From Limisphaerales bacterium (lineage in GTDB: Bacteria > Verrucomicrobiota > Verrucomicrobiia > Limisphaerales > AAA164-E04), in NCBI GenBank assembly GCA_965204945.1, contig OZ242022.1, positions 3,332,152-3,396,151 of the forward strand: a stretch of DNA of 64,000 nt. Reading direction: 5' to 3'. Positions within the stretch are counted from its first letter, which is position 1, and each line of letters opens with the position of its first letter. Position numbers and translations under genes: made by a program. Below the pieces are notes generated by a model, which saw only the letters and a program-made list of their open reading frames with translations, did not search any database and was not told the origin of the DNA. Shown one piece after another: positions 40,871-50,230 of this stretch.

Positions 40871-40974
40871 AAATCTCAAGAATTGAATTTTCAATATCAG
40901 TTTCGAACAAAGTAATGCAATTCTGTGCATTACATTAAATTAAGGAATGCGCCAAAAATTAACTACTGCTGTCA

Positions 40975-41403
40975 TCAATCACCACTGCCGTCGCTACTGT
41001 CATCGCCGCTTGTACCAATACAATCCTCTTGGTAAAACTTAGTTGCAAATTGCGGCTCGCCGGTACGCTTTTCTAGATCTTCCTCGCAGTATCTCCAATT
41101 GTCATCCCATTTGCATCCTACAGGCTGCCAACAGAATACTGTATCTGATGAGCAATTTGTGTGGGATTCTTCATCTGAAACGCATCCTTTTGGAAAGCGC
41201 TCGACAATAAACGCAGTTTTGCAATCGCTCTTATTAGTGTAATTCTCACACGATGGTTTCTCCACACAATCCTTTGATCCTCCTGAGACTCTTTCGTTGT
41301 CGCAAGCGTAGAGGATGAGGATTCCGACGAGAAGACCGATGGCGGTTCCGGCGAGGACGCCGAAGCGTCGTTTGATTGTTTCGACTATGTTTGTTGCACT
41401 CAT
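40975..41403 (-). CDS. Small secreted Cys-rich protein (142 aa, 10 Cys; possible lipobox LYA-C)
   Basis: KRR + hydrophobic helix, then a Cys-rich domain and an acidic Gly/Ser tail. Confidence 0.72.
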   Translation of the reverse strand: MSATNIVETIKRRFGVLAGTAIGLLVGILILYACDNERVSGGSKDCVEKPSCENYTNKSDCKTAFIVERFPKGCVSDEESHTNCSSDTVFCWQPVGCKWDDNWRYCEEDLEKRTGEPQFATKFYQEDCIGTSGDDSSDGSGD

Positions 41404-41450
41404 GATGTTATCTATAGTTTCTATTTTGTATTTACGGATTCGAACTCTGT

Positions 41451-42566
41451 TTATTGATTTTGGAGGCGTTGGATTTTGACGGGGACGGAAGTTGCCTCGT
41501 TGCTTCCGGTTCCGTTTTTTTGAATGTCCATAAGGATGTTCAAAGTCAAAGCGTTTTTGAGGGCGTCGGCTTGGATGCGGATGCGGTGGTCGTTGGCCCA
41601 CTAGGATGCGGCGCCGGCGTCTTGGGATTCAAAGCGGATGCCCTTTTCTTTGCCTTTGGCGTCTAAAGCGGCAACGTTTCGAATGGCGGAAGGTTGGGCA
41701 GTTCGGAGTCTCAGTCGTTGTTCTTTTGAGTGGTCGGTGAGGACGATGGTTGCGGGCGTCACTTCGAATGGCGGCACTACGGTGGCGCGGAATTGAAAAG
41801 TGAGTGATGGATACCTTTTGTTGTTGGTCTGGAGTTTGACGGCGCCGGAGAGGTTTTGAAGGCTATGAATGTTGGCGGCGTCTTCGGCTTGGAGTTTGAG
41901 GAGGACTTGCCAGTTTCGGCTGCCGATTTTTTGAATGGAGACTTGCAGGTTTTCGTCCGCTCCCCAAGTTTCCGAAGAGAGCAGTTCAAAGTTGGAGTTT
42001 TCTTTGGCTTCGACGGTGATTAGGCGCTCGCGGGTTTCGCCGGGTTTCATTTCGCCGAAATAAACTTTGCGCGTGTGCGGTTCGTAGGAAAATTCTTCGA
42101 GGATGTCGGCGCGAATGGTGGCGCGGACGAGGTAGTTGCTGCCGGGATAAGTGAGGCTTTCGAGGCGGAAGTCGGAGTCGCTTTCGATGACGCCGACGCG
42201 GTCGCCGGTTTCAAAGCGGATGGGAACGTGGACGAATCCGCCGGGTTGAAGGATTTTGCCTTGCAAGTCTTCCGGCGGAACGGAACAAGCGCAGGAAGTG
42301 CGGACGGAGAGCAGTTTGAGCGCGTCTTGGCTGCGGTTGACTAGGCGGAAATCGGCGATGCGGGCTTCGTTTTGTTGAAGGGTGCCGAAGTCGTGCTTTG
42401 ATGGTTCGAAGACGATGGGAATGCGGGAGTCAATGGCGGGCCTTCGGTCTTTGCCGAAGTAGCCAAGGGCAAAGACGACGACGACGGCGATAACCGCTGC
42501 GGAAGCGATTTCGACCGCCCGCGGAGATCTTCCCGTCCGGGAAGATTTCACTTCGTCAAAAGGCAT
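41451..42566 (-). CDS. DUF1573-like Ig-fold protein; in-frame TAG at 41601-41603 cuts off the last 49 codons
   Basis: TM, HDFGTL, FRLVN, VRTSCACS, ILQPG; the frame stays open after the TAG to TAA at 41451. Confidence 0.78.
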
Positions 42567-42889
42567 TTGTCGATAAATTTGCTCTCTTTTCTCGGGAAGT
42601 CAAATAAAAATCAGAAAAATTTTCGAGCCGGTAAAAATAGATCGATGACAATTTTGGAAAAAAGGAAGCAGGCGTTTTGGTTTGTTCCAATAAGAAGGTT
42701 TAGAATGGGAACTTCTAGCCGCATTTTACAAAATCTCCGGAACTACTTGCCGCAAAAAAATTAAACTTGGAAACAGCGCAAAGCGGAAAATAAAAAAGGC
42801 TTTCCTTTCATGAAAAAAAAAAATCTGGAATTTTGGTGAACGACGGAAACATTAAAATCCGTCGGCACAACCGGGAATGCAATTGTATT

Positions 42890-44290
42890 ATGAATAAGTT
42901 ATTTATCTTTTTGTTGGGTCTTTCTTTGTTGGGGGCGGTTCAAGCCGCTACTAAACCAAACATTGTAATTGTCTTTATTGATGACATGGGTTGGGGAGAT
43001 TTTTCGTGTTTTGGCAATCAAGAGGCGCGCACTCTGCATGTAGATCGTATGGCAAGGGAGGGGATTCGTTTTGAGCAGTTTTATGTAAACTCGCCAATTT
43101 GCTCTCCTTCCCGTGTGGCGATTTCCACTGGGCAATATCCGCAACGTTGGCGAATTACTTCTTTCCTTTCAGGACGAAAGCACAACGAACAGCGAGGAAT
43201 GGCGCAGTGGTTGAGTCCCAAGGCGCCGATGCTCGCTCGTTTGCTTCACGAGGCAGGCTACGCTACCGGCCACTTCGGCAAATGGCACATGGGCGGGCAG
43301 CGCGACGTGGATGATGCGCCGCCCATAGCCGACTACGGTTTTGACGTTTCGTTGACGAACTTCGAAGGGATGGGGCCAAAGTTGTTGCCCTTGACGCTAA
43401 AGCCCGGTCAGGAAAAACCCGGCCGCATATGGGAAAAGGCCGAGCGTTTGGGGGCTGGCTATCGGTGGATGCTACGATCTAAGATCACCGGGGGATTTGT
43501 GGATGCGGCAATTGCGTTTATAGATGATGCGGTAAAAGCGCAAAAACCTTTTTATCTTAACTTGTGGCCGGACGACGTGCACAGCCCTTTTTGGCCGCCG
43601 GTCGAAAAGTGGGGCAACGGAAAGCGCGAATTATATCTATCAGTGCTACAAGAAATGGATCGGCAACTAGGAACGCTGTTCGACTACCTGCGAGGCAGCG
43701 AGACGTTGAAAAACAATACTCTGGTTTTGATTTGTTCCGACAACGGACCTGAGCAAGGCGCCGGAGTTGCCGATCCCTTTCGCGGATACAAAACCCACCT
43801 CTACGAAGGGGGGATTCGCTCTCCCCTTGTCATCTGGGCGCCGGGATGGATGGCCAAGACAAATCAAGTGAATCGAGAATCCGTTTTCTCCGCAATAGAT
43901 TTAGCACCAACCTTGTTAAACCTTGCCGGCGTGCCGCATCCAGAAGGCGTCAATTTTGATGGAGAGTCTTTGCCAGACACGATGCTGGGCAAGTCTTCTG
44001 CTTCGCGTCGTACTGCCATCTTTTTTCGGCGTCCGCCCGATCGAGACGCCTTCTATGGAGTGAACAATCTACCCGACCTTGCGATCCGTGATGGCAAGTG
44101 GAAGTTCCTTTGTGAATACAACGGTTCTCAACCAGAACTTTACAATATGAATACTGACCGGAGTGAAACAACAAACACCGCGGCAGATCATCCCAAAATA
44201 GTTGCCAAACTACGAAACAAATTGCTTGCGTGGCATCAGTCCATGCCGCCCGATAAAGGCGCCGACTTTGTCAAAAAAGCCGCCAAATAA
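42890..44290 (+). CDS. Secreted sulfatase
   Basis: KPNIVIVFIDDMG, CSPSRVAISTG, GKWHMG, SDNGP. Confidence 0.92.
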   Translation: MNKLFIFLLGLSLLGAVQAATKPNIVIVFIDDMGWGDFSCFGNQEARTLHVDRMAREGIRFEQFYVNSPICSPSRVAISTGQYPQRWRITSFLSGRKHNEQRGMAQWLSPKAPMLARLLHEAGYATGHFGKWHMGGQRDVDDAPPIADYGFDVSLTNFEGMGPKLLPLTLKPGQEKPGRIWEKAERLGAGYRWMLRSKITGGFVDAAIAFIDDAVKAQKPFYLNLWPDDVHSPFWPPVEKWGNGKRELYLSVLQEMDRQLGTLFDYLRGSETLKNNTLVLICSDNGPEQGAGVADPFRGYKTHLYEGGIRSPLVIWAPGWMAKTNQVNRESVFSAIDLAPTLLNLAGVPHPEGVNFDGESLPDTMLGKSSASRRTAIFFRRPPDRDAFYGVNNLPDLAIRDGKWKFLCEYNGSQPELYNMNTDRSETTNTAADHPKIVAKLRNKLLAWHQSMPPDKGADFVKKAAK

Positions 44291-44333
44291 CCAGCGAAAA
44301 AAGATCCTGCTTTTCAGATGTTTTTACCATCTG

Positions 44334-45284
44334 CTATCGCTTGGTAATCTTTGGCCCGACATATGCAATGTATAATAGTTTGCCCGCTTGTATTGGCCAC
44401 GAGAAATGAATCCGTATCTGGAGAGTCTTCACCTTGCCGTGCCAAGGGCAGAACAGAGGCTCTGCAATCTCCGGTGGATGTGAAAATGTAAGATCTTTCT
44501 TGAACTTTGCCTTCTCGGTATCTGAAGAGTCAGAAAACCAAGCATTATCACCGGTAAAATACTGTTGATACATATTCTGCCCTTGGGGCGTGCGTTTGCC
44601 ATTTTCATCAAAGCAATTTTTGAAATTTTGCAAAATCGCCAAGCGTTTTAGCAGTTGACAGGCTGCGGGTGCGACAAAGGGATGTCCGCGCAACGGTTTG
44701 AAACTTTCTGACGAAAAGGTTAACTCCGGCTAGCGATTCTTTGCTGTTTTCTCGAGCTCTTCCCAAGATTGGATGGGCTTATTAGAGGTTTCAAGAACCT
44801 TCGTCAATGTTTCGGCATCCCAGTAATTGGGAACTTTGATGCTCTTTACGTCTTCGTTCTCGTGCCAGTCAACAACTAAGAACTCGGACAACCATAACGA
44901 CGTACTCATGCTCACGGTGCCGCAGTCGATTTTGTAGAATAGGCGACAAGCCGCTTCCCCTAATCCGGTCTCCGTTACCACATCATTTTTACATGCTATA
45001 TAATCGCTCTCGCTGTGTTGCCGATCATCTTCCCAAAAAGGGCCGTGCCGTGTGATCCACCGCGTCCACGCTCTCCGTTGGTCTCTGCTCAAGCATTGAA
45101 CCGCTTGCTGCATTTTCTTGTCTTTAGTGACATACATATCGGCAACATTGCGATGGCAATACAACTCTCTGCCGAACCACTTTATAGCTTTGCGTATATT
45201 CATAACGCATTCAACAGCCGAACGGAAAGTTGTCAGATCGGGAAACTGTTTATGTAGGGAGAGATCGTTGAAGAAGAGTTCCAT
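44334..45284 (-). pseudogene. Menshen-like third component (putative effector), split by an in-frame TAG at 44730-44732
   Basis: ORFs 44730..45290 and 44334..44693 share a frame (KNR*PELTFSSESFKPLRGHPF). C-terminal WHGKVK..IRIHF...IAYVG resembles RelE-like toxins. Confidence 0.6.
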
Positions 45285-45286
45285 TG

Positions 45287-46426
45287 TCAATCAGCCCACC
45301 CCGCAAAGTAGTTTGTGTCCTTGTCAAACTGATCAAAGAAGCCTTCCGGCCAAGAGTCGATATTGCCAGAGTCATCCAGCACGGGGCTTAGAACCTGCGG
45401 CTGGTCTTCGGAACGCGGCCTGAAAAAGTGGATCGCGACTTGGCCGGCAGCAAGCCGTTTTGACTTGACTGCGCGGCGCACGCCATTTAGCACGTGGTCG
45501 CTGTGTGTTTCTGCCAGCACTTGTATCCCGGCTCTTGCAACATCGGCCAGAAACTGCCCCATCAACGCTTGCCCTGCAGGATGAAGATGCACTTCCGGGT
45601 TTTCGATCAAAATAAGGTCGCCTTTCTTTGCGGACAAAGAGGCAATCACAATGGGCAAGACTTGAGTAATGCCGAAGCCCGTATGGATGGGGCTGTGGAA
45701 GTCCATCGCGTCTGAAGTGCGCAATCCCAAGGTAACGGTGTTGGCATGCTGCACTTGTTTCAACTCCATTCTAAACTCTGGAAAGAGCGTGCGCATGCGC
45801 GCCTCCACTTGTTGCAGGCGAATGGGAGGAGCATCAGGCAAAATGAGTTCGTCTAAAACTTGTTCGTCGCGGCCCCAGTGCAAGAGGCTTACCGCATGGT
45901 TGCCGCGGGGTCCGACTACGCTTACAATATTAGGATCTCGGAGCTCGTAGGCATTCTGAGGAGCGATGCGTTCGGCAGTGATATATGTTAGATCTCGCAA
46001 TCGACGGGTCATGGATTCAGCAAACTCCGCTTCCCTCTGGGGCAACAAGTGCCGCAACTCCTGCGGACGATCGGTCGTTCGTTCATTGACGGAAACACTT
46101 TGCACTTCCATAGACATATTCTGCCGCTCGCCTTGGAAAGTCCAATCATAAACGTTGCCGTCGAATTCTAAGGCAATTCCAAGTTTCGTCCGCCCGAATA
46201 CTTCGTCAATTACATCCGGGGCAGTGCCTAATCGAATGCCGTCACCGTTGAGAATGAGCCTCGTTGACCATTCATGTTGGCGCATCGTTTGGTGGAGTAA
46301 TACCAGCGACTGCAAAACCGACGACTTGCCGGAGGCGTTGGGGCCGGATAAGAGCGTCAACGGCGCCAGCGGCAACTTCAATAACTCAAAGCATTTGAAA
46401 CAGCGCAATTCTATCTGGTTAAGCAT
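45287..46426 (-). CDS. AAA/ABC-type ATPase with DUF3696-like C-terminus (Menshen NsnB-like)
   Basis: SGPNASGKSS, GFGITQVLP, IENPEVHLHP, ETHSDH, WPEGFFDQ. Confidence 0.85.
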   Translation of the reverse strand: MLNQIELRCFKCFELLKLPLAPLTLLSGPNASGKSSVLQSLVLLHQTMRQHEWSTRLILNGDGIRLGTAPDVIDEVFGRTKLGIALEFDGNVYDWTFQGERQNMSMEVQSVSVNERTTDRPQELRHLLPQREAEFAESMTRRLRDLTYITAERIAPQNAYELRDPNIVSVVGPRGNHAVSLLHWGRDEQVLDELILPDAPPIRLQQVEARMRTLFPEFRMELKQVQHANTVTLGLRTSDAMDFHSPIHTGFGITQVLPIVIASLSAKKGDLILIENPEVHLHPAGQALMGQFLADVARAGIQVLAETHSDHVLNGVRRAVKSKRLAAGQVAIHFFRPRSEDQPQVLSPVLDDSGNIDSWPEGFFDQFDKDTNYFAGWAD

Positions 46427-47510
46427 CAAGCACCTCCTGGAACATAGCCCTAGTCATGGCAAAACGAGTTCTTACCTGATATACACTGTTGGGGCCTCGT
46501 GTAATGGCATCTGTAAATTGTTGGTCCATCATCAAATTATAAAAGGCATTTTTCAACGTATCTGAACGTTCATCTACAAGTCGCTCAGAATAACGCGAGA
46601 GTCCGGTAGACATGACGTCCCACAGCGATGCGTTAAGCACGCCGCGGACGCTCTGATTGCGCGTATGTCTTCGGAAGGCATACCTGCCGAACAGATGAAA
46701 GTTGTTGGCCAAAGTTGTTCTGAATTGGGAGGACAAGGTCGGTAGCAACTCTGGTTCTTTGTTCATTTTTATGAGACTCTCGGCAAGAAACTTATCCATG
46801 TCCTTATATTTATCGAGGTCGAGTATTTGGAACGCACAAAACCGATTGACGAATTCACGATCCCGCATCTTTAAAGTCTTCAAACTTCCTCCTGTTGCTC
46901 TCAAAAACACCTCGGTACGCGACTCATCCTTCAAGAAACGTGTGGCTTTCCCTGTGTAAAGGCTGTTGCGCATCTGTTGACGAGTCAGAGGTACTCCACT
47001 GTTGACTCGGTCAAAGATATCCAGTCGAGCTCGTTCGTGCACCTTGGCGTCAATGATGTAGAGGATGAGCTGGCAGTCTTCGATGCGATTCTGAAGTTTG
47101 GGTGTCAAGTCGTTAAAACTCTTTTTATGCAATTCAGGCCGATCTTTCAGCTGAAGATGGAGTTTGTTGTTCACAAAACGCCGGAAGGTGGAAAGTCTCT
47201 GCAGACCGTCCACGACGATCATGCGCCCTTGTTCGTTTTCCGCAAGGTAAAGAACCGGAAGCGGAATCCGCATCAGGACGGACTCAATGAGTTTGCTCTG
47301 CATATCTTCGTCCCAGATGAAATCGCGCTGGAATTCGGGGTTCATAATGAACCTTTCCTGCTCAATGCGTCGCAATACGTCGCCCACTGTGCGAGATTCG
47401 TGCCGAATGAGCAGCGTGTCGATGGGATAATCGCCCCAAAACGAGCTTTGGTCATCCTCCAAGCCTTCAATTTCCTCCTCGGGCGGATCCTTTGTTTTAT
47501 GGTCTATCAT
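46419..47510 (-). CDS. DUF262 ParB-like protein (Menshen NsnA-like)
   Basis: PEFQRDFIW, LIESVL, VVDGLQRL, IFDRVNSG. Confidence 0.87.
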   Translation of the reverse strand: MIDHKTKDPPEEEIEGLEDDQSSFWGDYPIDTLLIRHESRTVGDVLRRIEQERFIMNPEFQRDFIWDEDMQSKLIESVLMRIPLPVLYLAENEQGRMIVVDGLQRLSTFRRFVNNKLHLQLKDRPELHKKSFNDLTPKLQNRIEDCQLILYIIDAKVHERARLDIFDRVNSGVPLTRQQMRNSLYTGKATRFLKDESRTEVFLRATGGSLKTLKMRDREFVNRFCAFQILDLDKYKDMDKFLAESLIKMNKEPELLPTLSSQFRTTLANNFHLFGRYAFRRHTRNQSVRGVLNASLWDVMSTGLSRYSERLVDERSDTLKNAFYNLMMDQQFTDAITRGPNSVYQVRTRFAMTRAMFQEVLDA

Positions 47511-47634
47511 GCGCTTTTGTTTCGCGTTCTTGGTTCTTCTGCAATCAAAAACCAATCAGAATAGCATTACAGGTCTTTAATGTCAAGTTTATTTGTGATT
47601 GAAAAGGCTAGTTTACCGGTGGAAGGAAAGACAA

Positions 47635-47708
47635 TGGAGCGGGTGAAGGGAATCGAACCCTCGTATGCAGCTTGGGAAGCTGCCGTTCTACCATTGAACT
47701 ACACCCGC
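47635..47708 (-). tRNA. tRNA-Gly(CCC)
   Basis: GCGGGTGTAGTTCAATGGTAGAACGGCAGCTTCCCAAGCTGCATACGAGGGTTCGATTCCCTTCACCCGCTCCA; cloverleaf with encoded CCA. Confidence 0.97.
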
Positions 47709-47780
47709 TTTCGCAAAACGGAAGAGAAGTTTAGGCGGACGATTTTGATTTGGCAATATCTGTTTGCTAATTTCTTTTCT

Positions 47781-48680
47781 TCAGAATCGGGTAAGTTGTT
47801 CCAGTTCGGCAACGCGTTGTTGGATTGCTTTGCGGGTGATTTGGGTGGTGGTTTTGAGTCCGAAACCTTCACAACAAAAGGAGGCAGTAACACTCCCGTA
47901 GATGACGGCTTTGCGGAAGTGCTGTTCCACTTCGCCGTCGCTGGCGGCCAAATATCCAATCATGCCGCCGACAAAGGAATCGCCGGCGCCGGTGGGATCG
48001 ACAAGATTGGAAAGCGGAAAGGCCGGCGCCAAGAAAAGCCCTTTGGGAGTGGAAAGAATGGCGCCGTGCTCGCCTTTTTTGGCGACGACGTATCGGGGGC
48101 CGAGGCTGTGAATTTGTTGAGTGGCAACTACGACGTTGTCTTCTCCAGTTAGTTGACGGGCTTCGGCGTCATTGAGGACGAGGCAGTCAATTTCCCGCAA
48201 GAGAGCCAACAATTCATCGCGAGCGACGTTGAGCCAAAGGTCCATTGTGTCGGCTACGACGAACTTGCGTTTGCGGATTTGTCGCAATACGTGCCGCTGC
48301 AGTTTTGGCTCGCAATTCGCCAGCAAAATGTAGGGTTTTTCTTTGAGATTGTCGGGAAGAGAAGGCCGCCAGTCTTCTAATACGCCCAAAACCGTTTTTA
48401 AAGTTCGGCGACGGTTCATATTGACTTCGTATTCACCTTCCCAAAAAAAAGTTTGCCCTTCCTTGCGCTCTAAACCTTGTAGATCGATGTTGTGTTTTTC
48501 GTAAAGTTGGAAGCATTCTTTTGGGAAATCACTCCCCACGACGCCTACCAAGCTGACCGGCGCAAAAAAACTGGCGGCCACGGCCGCATGGCTCGCTGAA
48601 CCACCAAGCAGTTTTGGGTTTTCCTTGTAAGGAGTTTTAATAGAGTCTAAGGCCGTAGTGCCAACAATAAGAACGCTCAT
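47781..48680 (-). CDS. PfkB-family carbohydrate kinase
   Basis: LGGSA, LNDAEA, KKGEHG, DPTGAGDSF. Confidence 0.92.
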   Translation of the reverse strand: MSVLIVGTTALDSIKTPYKENPKLLGGSASHAAVAASFFAPVSLVGVVGSDFPKECFQLYEKHNIDLQGLERKEGQTFFWEGEYEVNMNRRRTLKTVLGVLEDWRPSLPDNLKEKPYILLANCEPKLQRHVLRQIRKRKFVVADTMDLWLNVARDELLALLREIDCLVLNDAEARQLTGEDNVVVATQQIHSLGPRYVVAKKGEHGAILSTPKGLFLAPAFPLSNLVDPTGAGDSFVGGMIGYLAASDGEVEQHFRKAVIYGSVTASFCCEGFGLKTTTQITRKAIQQRVAELEQLTRF

Positions 48681-48739
48681 ATGAGAATAATGTTTTGTTT
48701 AAAAATAGATTATTGTATTCGCTTAGCGATCCAACAATT

Positions 48740-49390
48740 TTAGGAAGGTAACAATCGGCGGAAGGTTTGGCAAGCCTTATCCGGCCGCTCACGCTGAAGA
48801 ATGGCGGACACAATGCAAACCCGCTTGGCGCCGGCCAATAAAACATCCGGAAGCGTTTTCAAGTTGATGCCGCCAATGGCGAACCAAGGGATTTTAACAT
48901 TCACAGCCGCCCAGTGGACATAATCGAGTGTGACAGGTTTCGCTAATGGTTTTGTTTTGGTAGCGTAAATGGGGCCGACGGCGACGTAGTCCGAACCGGC
49001 ATCAATTGCTTGCCGACACTGGTTGGGATTATGCGTGCTGAGGCCGAGTTGAGGTCGGGGATTTTGGGGGAACAAGTCTGTAATGTTTTGATAACCACCG
49101 CCAAAAAAGTCTTCTTGTCCGAGATGAACGAAGGGCGCGGGCAGAGATTGCGCAATGGTTGGATGATCGTTAACAACGAGGTGAACGCCAGCGTTTTCGA
49201 TGATGGGGAGGATGGATTCAGCCATCTTTTGAATGGCGTCGGTGGAAAGGTTTTTAGCGCGCAGTTGAATAATGTCGCTGCCGCCGTCGCAAAGTTGCTT
49301 AGCCAACTCAACGGGCGAGCGATTGGCAAGGTAGTCTGTGTCGATAAAGGTGTACAATCGGCAATTTTGAAGCGAACGTTTTTTAGCCAT
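48740..49390 (-). CDS. thiE: Thiamine-phosphate synthase
   Basis: IQLRAK, VVNDH, HLGQED, GLSTH, GPIYATKTK, FAIGGI. Confidence 0.9.
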   Translation of the reverse strand: MAKKRSLQNCRLYTFIDTDYLANRSPVELAKQLCDGGSDIIQLRAKNLSTDAIQKMAESILPIIENAGVHLVVNDHPTIAQSLPAPFVHLGQEDFFGGGYQNITDLFPQNPRPQLGLSTHNPNQCRQAIDAGSDYVAVGPIYATKTKPLAKPVTLDYVHWAAVNVKIPWFAIGGINLKTLPDVLLAGAKRVCIVSAILQRERPDKACQTFRRLLPS

Positions 49391-49544
49391 AAAGCGAGCA
49401 AATACTATAAAATCTCGTTGATTTTGTCCATTCTCGTTTTGACTTTCTTTTTGGTTTGCAATGAAGTGGCGGCATTGAGCAAACTTTTTCCCACATATGA
49501 CCAAGCAGAATTTATTCAAATTGGACGCGAAACTAATGAAGGAC

Positions 49545-50107
49545 ATGACCAACTTTCTTCAAACGAACTTTGCCAAACTCTTTGCGGTGATTGCCGCGCT
49601 AGCTTTGTTGAACGCCGGGCCGGAAATAATGGCACTAGACAACGAGATGACGCGAGTCACACTCAAGGGACTTCCCGGGGTGTATGTCTTGGTCGAATTT
49701 TTTAGTGAACAAGACAAAGCGGCGGGTTTTGACGAGCGAACCTTCCAAACCGATGTGGAACTAAAACTCCGCTTGACCGGCATCAAAGCACTGACAGAGG
49801 AAGAACAATTGGCTACGCCGGGAATGCCTATTCTCTATCTCCACGTCAATACATTGCATAAACAACCGTGACAGAATCACGTTTACAACATTTCCTGGGA
49901 TTGCAACAAGCTGTTCGCCTTGTCCGCAATGGCGCTTTGGCTTACGGGGCTAGGACGTGGGGGATCAATAGTGTTGGTTATGGAGACCTTCCGTTCATTC
50001 GCAACGGTGTAAAGGATAAGGTGGATCAATTTATCAATGCTTGGCTGAGTGTGAATTCTAAGCCGAATCCTAAACCGTCCAAAGACTCACCGCAGAAAGA
50101 GAATTGA
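49545..50107 (+). pseudogene. Secreted hypothetical protein with in-frame TGA (49869) and a frameshift (about 49895)
   Basis: Signal peptide, TLKGLPGVYVLVE, VELKLR; plausible continuation P*QNHVYNIS/LGLQQAVRL...ARTW. Confidence 0.55.
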
Positions 50108-50230
50108 AAAGAACTGAGCGGAAAGCGCAAAAAGCAAAAGCGATGGGTAAGTTTTGTTTCTGTTTTTGCTTTTGGCGGATTTTTGTTGGTTTGAGTTGGA
50201 TGGGACTTGCTGAGGTTTGCGCGGGTTTGT

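Noticed and set aside
37617-40930. Diversity-generating retroelement as the source of paralog variation
   Set aside because: No reverse transcriptase in the window; differences are block-wise, not adenine-specific.
41601-44732. Genome-wide TAG recoding suggested by two in-frame ambers
   Set aside because: TAG is the normal stop of BMC-H (6530), BMC-P (8365), HIT (17051) and tsf (60137).
44291-47634. Integrative element bounded by a tRNA-derived att repeat
   Set aside because: No integrase and no duplicate of the tRNA 3' end seen downstream. GGAGCGGGTG at 57171 is on the wrong side and inside a gene.
47580-48152. 190-aa plus-strand ORF
   Set aside because: Overlaps tRNA-Gly and the pfkB-family gene on the opposite strand.
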